64,000 bases of DNA from Vulcanimicrobiota bacterium (GTDB lineage: Bacteria; Vulcanimicrobiota; Vulcanimicrobiia; Vulcanimicrobiales; Vulcanimicrobiaceae). Positions 1 to 10,343 of the stretch are shown here, piece by piece. The notes beneath the pieces are model-generated. The model saw nothing but the letters and a program-made list of their open reading frames with translations, ran no database searches and was not told where the DNA came from. Positions within the stretch are counted from its first letter, which is position 1, and each line of letters begins with the position of its first letter. Both the position numbers and the translations under genes were made by a program. The stretch lies in contig CAWCIZ010000001.1 of assembly GCA_963795855.1 (NCBI GenBank), positions 576,001 through 640,000 of the forward strand, written 5' to 3'.

Positions 1-969
1 ACTCCGCAAACGCGCGGAATGATCGATGCACGCGCGCTCGATCGCATGAAGCGCAGCGCGGTGCTGGTGAATTGCGCACGCGGCGGCGCTATCGACGAGG
101 AAGCGCTGCTGGAAGCGCTGGATGCGGGCACGCTTCGCGCCGCTGCAATCGACGTGGTCGCCGTGGAACCGCCGGCAGCCGAATCAATGGGCGCGAAGCT
201 GCAGCGTCACCCGCGCGTGCTTGCCACGCCGCATCTTGGCGGGTCGACCCGTGAAGCGCTGGAACGCATCGCGGTCGAGCTTGCGCGGGACGTTACGGAC
301 GCACTGGGCGGAAAACCGGCCGCCGGAGCGGTAAACGCGCCGGCACCGACCGGCGCGCAAGCGGAACGCGTGCGTGCGTACGCCGGCGCCGCCGACATAC
401 TCGGGCGGTTACTGCCGCAACTCTTCGGTGACGCGCTGCGCGTCCGGCTGCGTATGCACGTAAGCGGCGAAATCGCCGCGGCCGATCCGCAGCCGTTACG
501 TGCTGCATTTCTGGCGGCGCTTCTGCAAACCACGACCGAACGGCGCGTCTCGATCGTCAATGCGGACTCCGTTGCGCGCGAAATCGGCGTCCTTTTGGAC
601 GTCGTTGCCGATCCGCAGCCCGCACCGTTCGCATCCCTCGTCGCAGTTTTCGCCGGCCCGCATCGTATCGGCGCGAGCGTGCTCGCGGGCGGTCCGCGGA
701 TCGTGCAGATCGATGGTTACGAACTCGATGCAATTCCGCAAGGCGCCTGGATCGTGACGCGACACGAAGACGTGCCCGGCATGGTCGGCCGCGTCGGCAC
801 CATTTTGGGCAACGCAGGGGTGAATATTTCGACGATGCAAGTCGCGCGCGATCCGCAAGGCGGCGCCGCGCTGATGGTGCTCGCCGTAGATCGCCCAGTC
901 GCGCACCAAGATCTGGAGCAACTGCGCGCAGTTCACGGCATGCAATCCGTCGACGCGCCGGTCTTTTAA
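1..969 (+). CDS. serA: D-3-phosphoglycerate dehydrogenase (5' end outside window)
   Basis: LVNCARGG, AAIDV and TPHLGGST motifs of D-2-hydroxyacid dehydrogenases; C-terminal ACT domain (HEDVPGMVGRVGTILGNAGVNISTMQV); frame is open to the window edge. Confidence 0.93.
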   Translation, partial: TPQTRGMIDARALDRMKRSAVLVNCARGGAIDEEALLEALDAGTLRAAAIDVVAVEPPAAESMGAKLQRHPRVLATPHLGGSTREALERIAVELARDVTDALGGKPAAGAVNAPAPTGAQAERVRAYAGAADILGRLLPQLFGDALRVRLRMHVSGEIAAADPQPLRAAFLAALLQTTTERRVSIVNADSVAREIGVLLDVVADPQPAPFASLVAVFAGPHRIGASVLAGGPRIVQIDGYELDAIPQGAWIVTRHEDVPGMVGRVGTILGNAGVNISTMQVARDPQGGAALMVLAVDRPVAHQDLEQLRAVHGMQSVDAPVF

Positions 970-973
970 AAGC

Positions 974-1606
974 GTGCCCGTAAACGTCTACGTCGCGCGT
1001 CACGGTGAAACGACGTGGAATGCCGTCGGCCGTTATCAAGGCCGGTTGGAAACGCCGCTATCCCCGCTCGGACAAGCGCAGGCGCAGGCGTTGGCCGGCG
1101 CGCTCTGCGAGCGAGGGACCGCCCGCATAATTTCGAGCCCGCTCTCGCGATGCGTGCAGACCGCAGTTCCCTTGTCGACCGAGCTGAATCTTCCCATCGA
1201 AACCGATCCGCTGCTGCTCGAAATCGCGCATGGAACGTGGGAAGGGCGCTACCGGGATGAGATTGCCGCTTCCGAACCGCTGCTGTACCGTGTATGGCGA
1301 GAGCATCCGGAGCGCGTGAAGTTCGAAGGCGGGGAGAGCCTCGAGGACGTCGCCCGCCGCTGGAAGGCCTTTGTCGAAAAGTTCGATCCGCCCGAGGATA
1401 CGCTGCTGGTCACGCATGACGTCGTCGTTCGCCTCGCCATTCTCGAGCGCTGCGACCGGCCCACAAACGAACTGCGTCACGTACGCGCGATGAACGCTGC
1501 CTTCGCGTGGTTCGAGGTCAACGGCGGCGTCTGGACGTTGCGCGAGGAGTGTGTCGCGGAGCATTTGGCGGGGCTGGCCGCGGACCCCGAGCGACAGGCG
1601 TTGTAG
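974..1606 (+). CDS. Histidine phosphatase, probable metal-independent phosphoserine phosphatase (PspA/iPSP-like)
   Basis: RHGET motif, WNAVGRYQG, EIAHGTWEG, GGESL; GTG start 4 nt after the serA stop. Confidence 0.85.
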   Translation: MPVNVYVARHGETTWNAVGRYQGRLETPLSPLGQAQAQALAGALCERGTARIISSPLSRCVQTAVPLSTELNLPIETDPLLLEIAHGTWEGRYRDEIAASEPLLYRVWREHPERVKFEGGESLEDVARRWKAFVEKFDPPEDTLLVTHDVVVRLAILERCDRPTNELRHVRAMNAAFAWFEVNGGVWTLREECVAEHLAGLAADPERQAL

Positions 1607-1624
1607 GACGGGTATAACTGCCTT

Positions 1625-2185
1625 ATGACTACATCGACGCCGTTTTTGTCGGACGTTCAGGAACTTCGCCGTCGCGCGCGTGAAAACATGATGCGCGGGC
1701 CGGTCACCAGCGACTACCGCGGTGACGTCAAACAGTCCGTCGACATTCTCAATCAAGCGCTGGCGACCGAGATCGTTTGCGTCTTGCGCTACAAGCGCCA
1801 TTATTACATGTCCAAAGGGATTTACAAGGACGCGGTCGCGGCCGAGTTTTTAGAGCATGCGAATCAGGAGCAAGAGCACGCCGACAGCATCGCCGAGCGC
1901 ATCACGCAGCTCGGCGGCGAACCGGATCTCAACCCCGACGGCCTCGCAAGCCGCAGCCACTCGGAATATCGCGAAGGCGACAGCATGGTCGACATGATCA
2001 AAGAAAATCTCGTCGCGGAACGCATCGCGATCGAGTCGTACCGCGAAATGGTGCGGTTCTTCGGCGACAACGATCCGACCACGCGACGTATGCTCGAACA
2101 AATACTCGCCGTCGAAGAAGAGCACGCGAACGACATGGTGGATCTGCTCGAGCAGCACGGTACGGCCGTTCGAGGCGAAACCTAA
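1625..2185 (+). CDS. Ferritin-like (bacterioferritin-like) di-iron protein
   Basis: Ferroxidase-type ligand pattern ALATE...EQEH...AERIAIESY...EEEH; 186 aa. Confidence 0.88.
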   Translation: MTTSTPFLSDVQELRRRARENMMRGPVTSDYRGDVKQSVDILNQALATEIVCVLRYKRHYYMSKGIYKDAVAAEFLEHANQEQEHADSIAERITQLGGEPDLNPDGLASRSHSEYREGDSMVDMIKENLVAERIAIESYREMVRFFGDNDPTTRRMLEQILAVEEEHANDMVDLLEQHGTAVRGET

Positions 2186-2187
2186 CC

Positions 2188-2796
2188 ATACGCTTTACGT
2201 TCGTGCGCCACGGAAGCACGCTTTGGAATAGCGAGCGCCGCTTCCAAGGACACGCCGACGTCCCACTCGATGCCCAGGGCCGCGCGCAAGCGCAGGCCCT
2301 GGCAGCGTTGTTTCGGCATGAACGTTTCGATCACGCCGTTTCCAGCGATCTCGCGCGCGCGTACGAAACGGCGAGAGCGATTCGCGCCGGTGCGCCGGTC
2401 GAACGGGACGATCGCTGGCGCGAATTCGCGTTCGGCGAATGGGAAGGTCTGACGTGGAAGCAAATCGTCGAACGCTGGCCGCATCTCACCGAGCAAGGCA
2501 GCACAGCTGCCAAGCTCTATGCGCCGCCGGGCGGCGAAACGTTCGACGCCGTCTGTGCGCGAGTACGCGCGGCGCTGAGCGACTTGGAGAAATCGGGACA
2601 CGCAAACGTGCTCGTCGTCACGCACGCCGGGGCGCTTCACGCCGTGCTGCATACATTTTTCGGCGACGGGGAAACGCAAATGCAAGAGGTGCTTGCAGTG
2701 CGATTCCTACCTGCTAGCGTCACGCGCATCCGTCTGGACGACGGTGCTGCAACGGTTGAAGCGCTCAGCGACGTCGCGCACCTTGCAACTTCATGA
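2188..2796 (+). CDS. Histidine phosphatase family protein (second copy; start codon uncertain)
   Basis: FVRHGST, RFQGHADVPL, SSDLARA, EFAFGEWEG, VVTHAG; C-terminal part of ORF 1777..2796; no ATG near the expected start (ATA at 2188). Confidence 0.82.
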   Translation: MRFTFVRHGSTLWNSERRFQGHADVPLDAQGRAQAQALAALFRHERFDHAVSSDLARAYETARAIRAGAPVERDDRWREFAFGEWEGLTWKQIVERWPHLTEQGSTAAKLYAPPGGETFDAVCARVRAALSDLEKSGHANVLVVTHAGALHAVLHTFFGDGETQMQEVLAVRFLPASVTRIRLDDGAATVEALSDVAHLATS

Positions 2797-2853
2797 TCTC
2801 TTCAGAAACATCCGATAGGCTGTGCCGGTATACAGAGACGGAAGGTACGGCCA

Positions 2854-3000
2854 ATGCAAGGAATACGCTACTTTAGGACCCTCGAAGAGGCGGCTCGCGC
2901 CGGATTCAATCTTTACGACAGCACGCCGGCCGGCTACATCGTGCGAGGCGGCACGCCCGGAGGCTTGGCGCTGGCACTCGTGAGGACCAAGAGGCCATGA
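2854..3000 (+). CDS. Small hypothetical protein, 48 aa (MQGIRYFRTLEEAARAGFNLYDSTPAGYIVRGGTPGGLALALVRTKRP)
   Basis: Read directly from the sequence; GGAAGG RBS upstream; fills an intergenic gap; below the ORF-track cutoff. Confidence 0.65.
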   Translation: MQGIRYFRTLEEAARAGFNLYDSTPAGYIVRGGTPGGLALALVRTKRP

Positions 3001-3140
3001 AGATCGACACGCGCAGTGCGGCGCACAGAATCATTCCGAACGACACGCTTACGGATACCACTCCCGCTGCCCGGCAGCCGATCCGAATCCCATATCAGAC
3101 GGACACCGTGCTGTTCGGCGGCTGGGGCGTCAAATTATAG
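2997..3140 (+). CDS. Small hypothetical protein, 47 aa (MKIDTRSAAH...YQTDTVLFGGWGVKL)
   Basis: ATGA overlap with the stop of the 2854..3000 ORF; ends overlapping the stop of the convergent glycoside hydrolase. Confidence 0.4.
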   Translation: MKIDTRSAAHRIIPNDTLTDTTPAARQPIRIPYQTDTVLFGGWGVKL

Positions 3141-5590
3141 ACGCCGCAGTTCCACGACGTGAAAGCCGTTCGGCGCGAGCACCGACGTTATGCCGTCGTT
3201 CAAATCATCCGCCGAAACGGTTTGCGCATCCACCCAATCGCCTTTGAGCGAATCGTACACGCGCATCGCATAACGTCCCTTCGCATCCCGTAAACGGAAC
3301 GCGGTGGTTACCGTGCGATGTTGAATGTTGCCCAGGATTCCGACGATGTGCCTCCCATCCCCAAGGGCAGCCGTAATTGCGTCGTCGCCGCTCGCGACGA
3401 ACCGGTCGCTTTCGTCGCGCGGAAGCACGCGCGGCGCCGGCGTACAGTCGAGCTGCGCGTTGCTCCACAGCTGCAGATCCGGCGTGCGCGCAAAAAACCA
3501 GGTTACGTTTTTTCCTCGGAACGGCACGTTTCGGAGTCCGGCCCAGCTCCAGTGCGGCGGGAGGTTCGGACGGAGCACCGGCGCGTCACCCGCAATGTTC
3601 AGACCGAAAACCCCTTCGATGACTGCCCAGATGTAGCGCGGCGGGAACCACGGTGAGAGCGGCATGCCCTGATTGACGAGCGTTTCGCCGTGCAGCCATT
3701 CGGAAAACTCGCCGGGAACGGTGTTGTTGCGCTGGGGATCCCTGGCGTAGTTTTGAAACCCGTTCGTAAGAGCTTCCTCGCTGAACGGCGCTAAGTGCTC
3801 CGCCGCGGCCTTCGCGTACCAGAAGGTCACGCCGTTCCACACGCCGCCAAGGCAGCCGCTCGCGCCTTCGGGCGTGTAGTTGATGGCATCGTGCGGAATC
3901 GTCCGCATGCCGCCGGGCGTCCAAAAATCGCCGTCGCTCAAGCGCCGTAAAATGTGGGCCGCGCGGTCGGAATCGGCCACGCCGAACAACACGGGAAACA
4001 CCAAATCGGCCGTCACGTCGCTGCGTGGAACGCCGTCCACGTCAATGTTCAAGTAATACAAGCCGTTGCCGGGATTGAAGAGATGCTGGTTTATCGCGCC
4101 TTTCAGCGCTGACGCGAGCTGCTCGAACTCACTGCTCGCGGCTTCGTCCTCGAGGGTTCGCGCCATGTGTGCGACGGACCGGAACGCCGCATAGCAGAGC
4201 GAGTTGATCTCGGTCGTCGCACCGCTCAGGCGGTATCCCGGTATTACGTTGCGCCATCCCGCTATGCCCCGAGCGCCGGTCTCGCGCGACGTGCACCACA
4301 CCAATCCTTGCTGGTTGCGCTGTTTGGCCAGGTAGCGCCCCGCTTTGAGAGCAGCCGCATACGTCTCTTTCAAAAAATCCAGATCGCCGGTCAACTGGAA
4401 GTGGTGCCAGATGCTCCAGACGATGAGCGGCGTGTCGTCGTTGACGTTCAGGCCGAAATCCTCGCATTTATCCGACAACATGTCGTAATACTCGACGAAC
4501 ATTCCGCTTCGCTCTTGCCGCTTCACGAACTGCATCAGGCACTCGCGCGAAAAATCGGGACGGAAATAGTCCGCACCCGCGCAGAACCATGCGGCATCGC
4601 GGCCGACGCAATTCGTAGACCTCAGCGGATCGTTCGTAACGGTCGCGCCCGACGGGGGCTGCAGCATGACGCGCTGCATATTGGTCTTGGCCCAAAGGAC
4701 CCCGCGGTTGATTTCCGGGTTCGGCGTGATCGCGACGGAGCGCTCTAGCACGTCGTGATACGTCTGCTGCGTCTTATTCAGCGCGGTTTCCGCTTTGGGC
4801 GCGGACTCGTACGAGCGCACCGCGTCCTGCTCTCCGTTCCCGCTCAACACGAAGCGAAAGATTATCTTCGCGGACTCTTTTTTTGCGAGAACGGTGCTGA
4901 AGTGCATGATGCCGCACGGCAGACCCGCCGGTGCGTCCGTCTTGTTCGAAAGTCGGCCGGGGCTCGTTCCCGTCACCGCTTTCGCATGGTCGATCGAGAC
5001 CTCATCACTCACCGGTGCACGAGACGCGCCGACGACCCGGGCCTGCTCGCGATTGTCCTTGCCGACCACGACGAACGCGCGCAACGTCTCGTCGTAGCGC
5101 GCCTGCACCTGGTCTTCGATGTTCTTGGCCAGTTCGCAAAATGCGTAACTGGCGACGCGCTGTTCTTCCTCGGAATCGTTCGTCAGTTCGAGAACGTAAT
5201 ATGCCGTCGCGCTTTCGCAGTGCACGAAGACGTCTTCGAAGACGTACACGCCGTTCGAGAGCATGTAGCGGTGCTCTTGATGCTCGGCATACAGAAAGAA
5301 GTGGCCGCCGACGGCGTCGAGCTTCATGCCGGATCGCTCGTCCCAGTGTTTCAACACGAATGCTCCGAGCAGACAAGCGCCCACGTCGACGCAGAACATG
5401 CGCTCGACCGCGCCGGTCGCCTTGAGCGTCAGCTGCAGTTCGGTGAGCCGAGCAGGCTGCCGCGTGCAAGGTCGTGGTCGGTGAGCCGGTAGGCGCCGAA
5501 ATTGTGAGGCCAGCGCAGTTTCGTCGTTCCATCGAGGCTGCCGATGATGTTCGCCCGGTACCGGACGGTGTCCGCATACTCCATGTGCAT
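3135..5590 (-). CDS. Six-hairpin (alpha/alpha)6 glycoside hydrolase, amylo-alpha-1,6-glucosidase/GDE-like; frameshift near 5443
   Basis: VGRDAAW, DDTPL, EINSLCY, GGVW, FSEW motifs; N-terminus MHMEYADTV...GSLLGS joins ELQLTLKATGAVERMF by one missing base. Confidence 0.75.
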
Positions 5591-5632
5591 GGTTCGTTGA
5601 TTCCCGCGAGCGATGGGAATAAGCGTGCCGCG

Positions 5633-7243
5633 ATGCAGCAAGAAACGCACACCTCGCCCGCTCCGCAGACGAAGGGCGCCCGGTACCGCCATATCATGGC
5701 GACGCTTGCTCGCCACGGCATCGGCACGGTGTTCGGCGGCGACGACGCATCCCGAGCCCGCCATGTCCGCGAAGCCTGCGAAGAACTCGGCGCGACCTTC
5801 ATCAAACTCGGCCAGTTGCTCTCCGCGCGCGGCGACCTGCTGCCGGACGCATATCGCGACGAGCTTCGCAAACTTCAGGACTCCGTGCCGGCGATTCCGG
5901 CGAGCGAAGTCGCCCAGGTCATTCGCGAAGAGCTGGGCGCGGCGCCCGAGGAAATCTTCGCATTTTTCGATAGCGAACCGGCGGGAAGCGCGTCGATCGG
6001 GCAGGTACACGCGGCGCGTGCAGCCGACGGGCGCGACGTCATGGTGAAAATTCGCAAACCCGGCGTTCGGGAGACCGTCGAAATGGATTTGGCGATTCTC
6101 GCCGACGAAGCTGAAGCGTGGACGGAGCGCTTCCCCGCGCTCGCGGCGTACGACGTCCCCGGATTGGTTCGAGAATTCGCCGACACGATGCGTGAGGAGC
6201 TGGACTATACGAAGGAAGCTGTAAACGTTCGCTTCTTCAACGAACTCTTCGAATCGCAGCGTGGATTTTCGCTGCCGGAAACGATTGGCGAGTACTCGAC
6301 GGGGCGCGTTATTACGCTGACCCGCGTGGACGGCATGCGCGCGGACGAGGCCGGTAGCGTGACGAAGCGGCGCCGCGCGAGCGCCGCTCGCCGCGTGTCG
6401 CAGTTCATCTTGGAGCCGGCACTTTCGAAAGGCCTGTTCCACGCCGATCCGCATGGCGGGAACGTGCTGATCCGCGAAGACGGCGTCGTGTCCGTTCTCG
6501 ATTTCGGCATGGTTGGGCGCTTAACGCCCGAGGCGCGCCGCCGCGTCGCCGACGTGTTCGTCGCTATCGATAGGCGAGATGCGGAACGGCTCGCGGATCG
6601 TATCGTGGAAATTGCGGCGCCCCAGCATCCGATCGATCGCGCCGCGCTCGTCACCGACATGGACCGCATGCTGGAACACCACGTAGGCGAGGCGCTCGAA
6701 CACATGAACGTGGGCGAGGCTATCGGCGAACTGCTGCAACTCGTGCGCCGCTACCGCATGCGTTTGCCGGGTAATTACGCGTTGCTGTTCAAAACGCTAA
6801 TCATGACGGAAGCGCTCGTGCAGACGCTCGATCCGAATACGAATCTGGGGAGTTTGTTGGAGCCGCTGACGGACAAATTGATGTACGGCCAACTTTCCGG
6901 AGAGCAGTTTGTAAACCGGATGCGCGAATCGGCCGCGGATGCCGCGCACCTGAGCGTGGAACTTCCGCGCCGCGTCGACCGCGTTCTGGGCCAAGTCGAG
7001 CGCGGCAACGTTCGGGTATGGACGCGGGTCGAAGATCTCGATCGGACGATTGCGCGGTTCGAGCGCGTCGTCGAACGCGCGAACGCCACGATGCTGGCTG
7101 CGGCCTGTATCGTGGCGCTTGCGATTGTGATGCTGTTCTATCATCCGCAAGGGTGGGAACGCTGGATCGGCGTCATTTTCTGGGTTCTCTTTGCGGCCGC
7201 CCTCATTCACGTCGTCCGCACCATTCTCGCGCTGCGCCGATAA
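5633..7243 (+). CDS. ABC1/AarF/UbiB family atypical protein kinase
   Basis: LGATFIKLGQLLS, ASIGQVH, VKIRKPG, ELDY, FHADPHGGN, DFGMVG; two C-terminal TM helices. Confidence 0.92.
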   Translation: MQQETHTSPAPQTKGARYRHIMATLARHGIGTVFGGDDASRARHVREACEELGATFIKLGQLLSARGDLLPDAYRDELRKLQDSVPAIPASEVAQVIREELGAAPEEIFAFFDSEPAGSASIGQVHAARAADGRDVMVKIRKPGVRETVEMDLAILADEAEAWTERFPALAAYDVPGLVREFADTMREELDYTKEAVNVRFFNELFESQRGFSLPETIGEYSTGRVITLTRVDGMRADEAGSVTKRRRASAARRVSQFILEPALSKGLFHADPHGGNVLIREDGVVSVLDFGMVGRLTPEARRRVADVFVAIDRRDAERLADRIVEIAAPQHPIDRAALVTDMDRMLEHHVGEALEHMNVGEAIGELLQLVRRYRMRLPGNYALLFKTLIMTEALVQTLDPNTNLGSLLEPLTDKLMYGQLSGEQFVNRMRESAADAAHLSVELPRRVDRVLGQVERGNVRVWTRVEDLDRTIARFERVVERANATMLAAACIVALAIVMLFYHPQGWERWIGVIFWVLFAAALIHVVRTILALRR

Positions 7244-7247
7244 CGCG

Positions 7248-8702
7248 CTACTGCCCTTGCGCGAGTGAGTATCCGCGCTCGCCGTCGAACGTGTACAACC
7301 CCTCGGTTTTGATGACGTCGAATCCGGCGTTGTTGACCGCTTCGATCAACTGAACGACTTGCGCCGTGCCGAACGGCTCGCCGCCGCCTTCGAAGCGGCA
7401 CGCCCAATGATCGCTCCAGAACGTGTCGGGGTTTCCGTTCGGCCAGACTTTCGTTCCGCGATTCGCAATCACGGTCAAGGCGGTGCCCGGAACGCTGAGC
7501 CCGTTGAGCGTCTCGGCTATGCGGTCCGGATTGCCGTCGGGCCGGTCGATGAAGACGTCCACACCAACCTGCCGTTTTTTCCCGGTCGAGCTCTTGGCCC
7601 GCGCGGCAATGTCCATCTGCGCGCCTTTGGCGTACTCCACGGCTTTGAGATGCTGGGGTTTGCGGCCGAGCCGTTCGATGATTGCGTCCGCAAACTCGCG
7701 CGTGCCGACCTTCTGTTTGCTCACGCCTTCTTTGTAAATGTCGTACGTGTGCACGCCGTCCTCGATCGTGCGCAGCCACGCGTTGTGCACTTTCTCGGCA
7801 ATATCGCCCTGACCGATGTGCGTGAGCATGAGCAACGCGCCGTGCATCAAGCCCGACGGATTCGCAAGATTCTGCCCCGCGCGCCGCGGTGCGGAACCGT
7901 GAATCGCCTCGAACATCGAGCAGTGATCGCCGATGTTTGCGGACCCGGCTAATCCGACCGAACCGGTGATCTGCGCTGCAACGTCGGAGAGCACGTCGCC
8001 GTACAAATTCGGCATGACGAGCACGTCGAAGGCCTCCGGCGTATCCGCCATCTTCGCCGCCCCGATATCGACGATCCAGTGCTCGTTCTCGATTTCGGGA
8101 TACTCCTTTGCGATCTCGTCGAAGATTTTGTGGAACAGACCGTCCGTGATCTTCATGATGTTGTCTTTGGTGAAGCACGTCACTTTTTTACGCTTATTGG
8201 CGCGTGCGTACTCGAAGGCGTACCGGACGATTCGCTCGCTGCCCGGGCGCGAGATCAGTTTCAGACACTGCGTAACCTGATTGGTCTGCCGGTGCTCGAT
8301 GCCGCCGTAAACGTCTTCCTCGTTCTCGCGCACGATCACGAGGTTCATGTTCGGATGCTTGGTCGCAACGTACGGATGCAGCGAGGCGCAAGGGCGCACG
8401 TTCGCGTACATGCCGAGCGTCTTGCGCACCGTGACGTTGAGCGATTTGAAACCGCCGCCCTGCGGGGTCGTGATTGGCGCTTTCAAAAAGACCTTCGTGC
8501 GGCGTAGCGATTCCCACGACGAATCTTCGATGCCGTTGCTCAACCCGCGGTTGTAGACGCTTTCGCCTATGTCGATGTTTTCGATGTCGAGTTGCGCGCC
8601 CGCAGCCTCGATGATGCGCAGCGTCGCGTTCATGATCTCCGGTCCGATACCGTCTCCGTGGGCAACGGTGATCGGCGTCTTCTTTGCGGTGAGCGTGGTC
8701 AC
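7248..8702 (-). CDS. icd: Isocitrate dehydrogenase, NADP-type with C-terminal extension
   Basis: GDGIGPEI, KAPITTPQGGGFKSLNVTVRK, NLYGDVLSD, FEAIHGSAP; GTG start after AAGGAG RBS. Confidence 0.95.
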   Translation of the reverse strand: MTTLTAKKTPITVAHGDGIGPEIMNATLRIIEAAGAQLDIENIDIGESVYNRGLSNGIEDSSWESLRRTKVFLKAPITTPQGGGFKSLNVTVRKTLGMYANVRPCASLHPYVATKHPNMNLVIVRENEEDVYGGIEHRQTNQVTQCLKLISRPGSERIVRYAFEYARANKRKKVTCFTKDNIMKITDGLFHKIFDEIAKEYPEIENEHWIVDIGAAKMADTPEAFDVLVMPNLYGDVLSDVAAQITGSVGLAGSANIGDHCSMFEAIHGSAPRRAGQNLANPSGLMHGALLMLTHIGQGDIAEKVHNAWLRTIEDGVHTYDIYKEGVSKQKVGTREFADAIIERLGRKPQHLKAVEYAKGAQMDIAARAKSSTGKKRQVGVDVFIDRPDGNPDRIAETLNGLSVPGTALTVIANRGTKVWPNGNPDTFWSDHWACRFEGGGEPFGTAQVVQLIEAVNNAGFDVIKTEGLYTFDGERGYSLAQGQ

Positions 8703-8728
8703 GTGGTTCTCCTTCGGAGTGGCGGCTT

Positions 8729-10343
8729 TCATAAAGACCATTGGTAAGCGTTCCAACCTTCGCTCGGTCCGTTTGGCGCGAAGTTCTGGAAGTTCGGATT
8801 CAGCGCGTAGCGCAAGCGAGGATAGAACAAGAAGACCGAAGCGGCCTCTGCGGCCAGCATGAACTGCGTCTTCGCATAAATCGCCTTGCGCTTGGTACGG
8901 TCGAAGGTGGCGAGCGCCTGAGTTTGCAGCGCGTCCATCTGCGGATTGCAATAGAAACTGTTGTTGTTGCCGTTCGGCGGCGTCATGGCGCACATCCACT
9001 GCGACGAATCGTCGGGATCGGCGCCCGCGACCCAGGCCCACAGCGCGAGGTCGAATTTCCCGTTCGACAGAATGCCGCCGTCGGCTTTGAGCGCGTACAG
9101 CATCTGGTAGGTGTACGTTTTGATCTGCAGGTCGATGCCGGCGCGGCGTAAATCCGCCTGCAACTGTACGCCGATTTGCCGGGCCGATTCGCTGCCTTGT
9201 CCGTACACGAACTGTAAGGAGAGGGGCTGTCCGTTCTTTTGGCGGATGCCGCCGCGGCCGACGGTCCATCCGGCGGCGTCGAGTAACTGCGCCGACTTCT
9301 GCGCATCGTAGGAATAGCGCGGCACGTTGGGCGTGTACGCCCAGTAGAAGTCGGCAAGATCGCTCGTGGCAGCCACAGCTGAGCCGTGTTCGACGTTCTG
9401 CACCATACGCTGCACGTCGATCGCGTCCCAGATCGCTTGGCGTACTCGCGCGTCGTCCAGCGGCGGATGCTTGAAATTGAAGATGATCGAATCGAAGCTG
9501 GGCGCTTTGATCGCAATCGTCTTGATGCCGGAAACGCCTTGCAGACTGCGCGTACGGGGAGGGCCCCAAATCGATGATCAGATCGGTTTGATGCGACCGC
9601 AGTTCCGCCACGCGAGTGTTTTCGTCGGGAACGTAATAGACGTTGATGCCCGCAAGCGCGGGCTTACCACGAAAATACGCTCTGTTCGCGAGCAGCTCCA
9701 CGTGATCGCCGTGAATCCATCGCACGATCCGGAAGGGGCCGGTGCCGATCGGCAGCGTGTTGAACGGCACGCGGTTTATGTTCGGATACGTGCCGAGCAC
9801 GTGTTTTGGTACGATGCGAAAAGGGTCGTCGCTTTCGCCGAACACCGTGTCGATGAACGGCGCGAACGGCCGCTTCAGGTGGAAGACGACGGTATACGGG
9901 CCGGGCGTGTCGACTGAGCGGACTTGATCGTACCCGCGCCGTTCCACGACGTTGTCGTTCGGATTCATGACGGCTTGCCAGGAAAATTTCACGTCCGCGC
10001 TCGTGAACGGTGCGCCGTCTTGCCATTTCACGTTGCGGCGCAGATGGTACACGATTGTGAGCCCATCCTTGCTGATCCCGCCGTTTTGCACCGTCGGCAC
10101 TTGTGCGGCGAGATCGGGAACGTCGTTTCCCTTGTCGTCTATCGTGACCAGCAAGTCGAAGGCGAGGCTTGCGATGAAGTTTTCCGCCGTATTCGAAGCG
10201 AGCAGGGGATTCAGCGACGTCGGTTCGGCGTAACTCGCGACACGCAGGACCGCGTTCGGATTAGAACCGCCCGCGGTTTCGCCCGTTTTACTGCAACCTC
10301 CGAGCAGCGCAAGGGCTGCGATGAGCGCCGTTACGCGGCGCAC
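8729..10343 (-). CDS. Peptide ABC transporter substrate-binding lipoprotein (family 5); frameshift near 9550
   Basis: Lipobox LLGGC; PDLAAQVPT, SKDGLTIVYHLRRNVKWQDGAPFTSADV, PIGTGPF; C-terminal half in ORF 8729..9415. Confidence 0.88.

Noticed and set aside
1625..2185. Ferritin-like protein as encapsulin cargo
   Set aside because: No encapsulin gene in the window and no recognisable targeting peptide.
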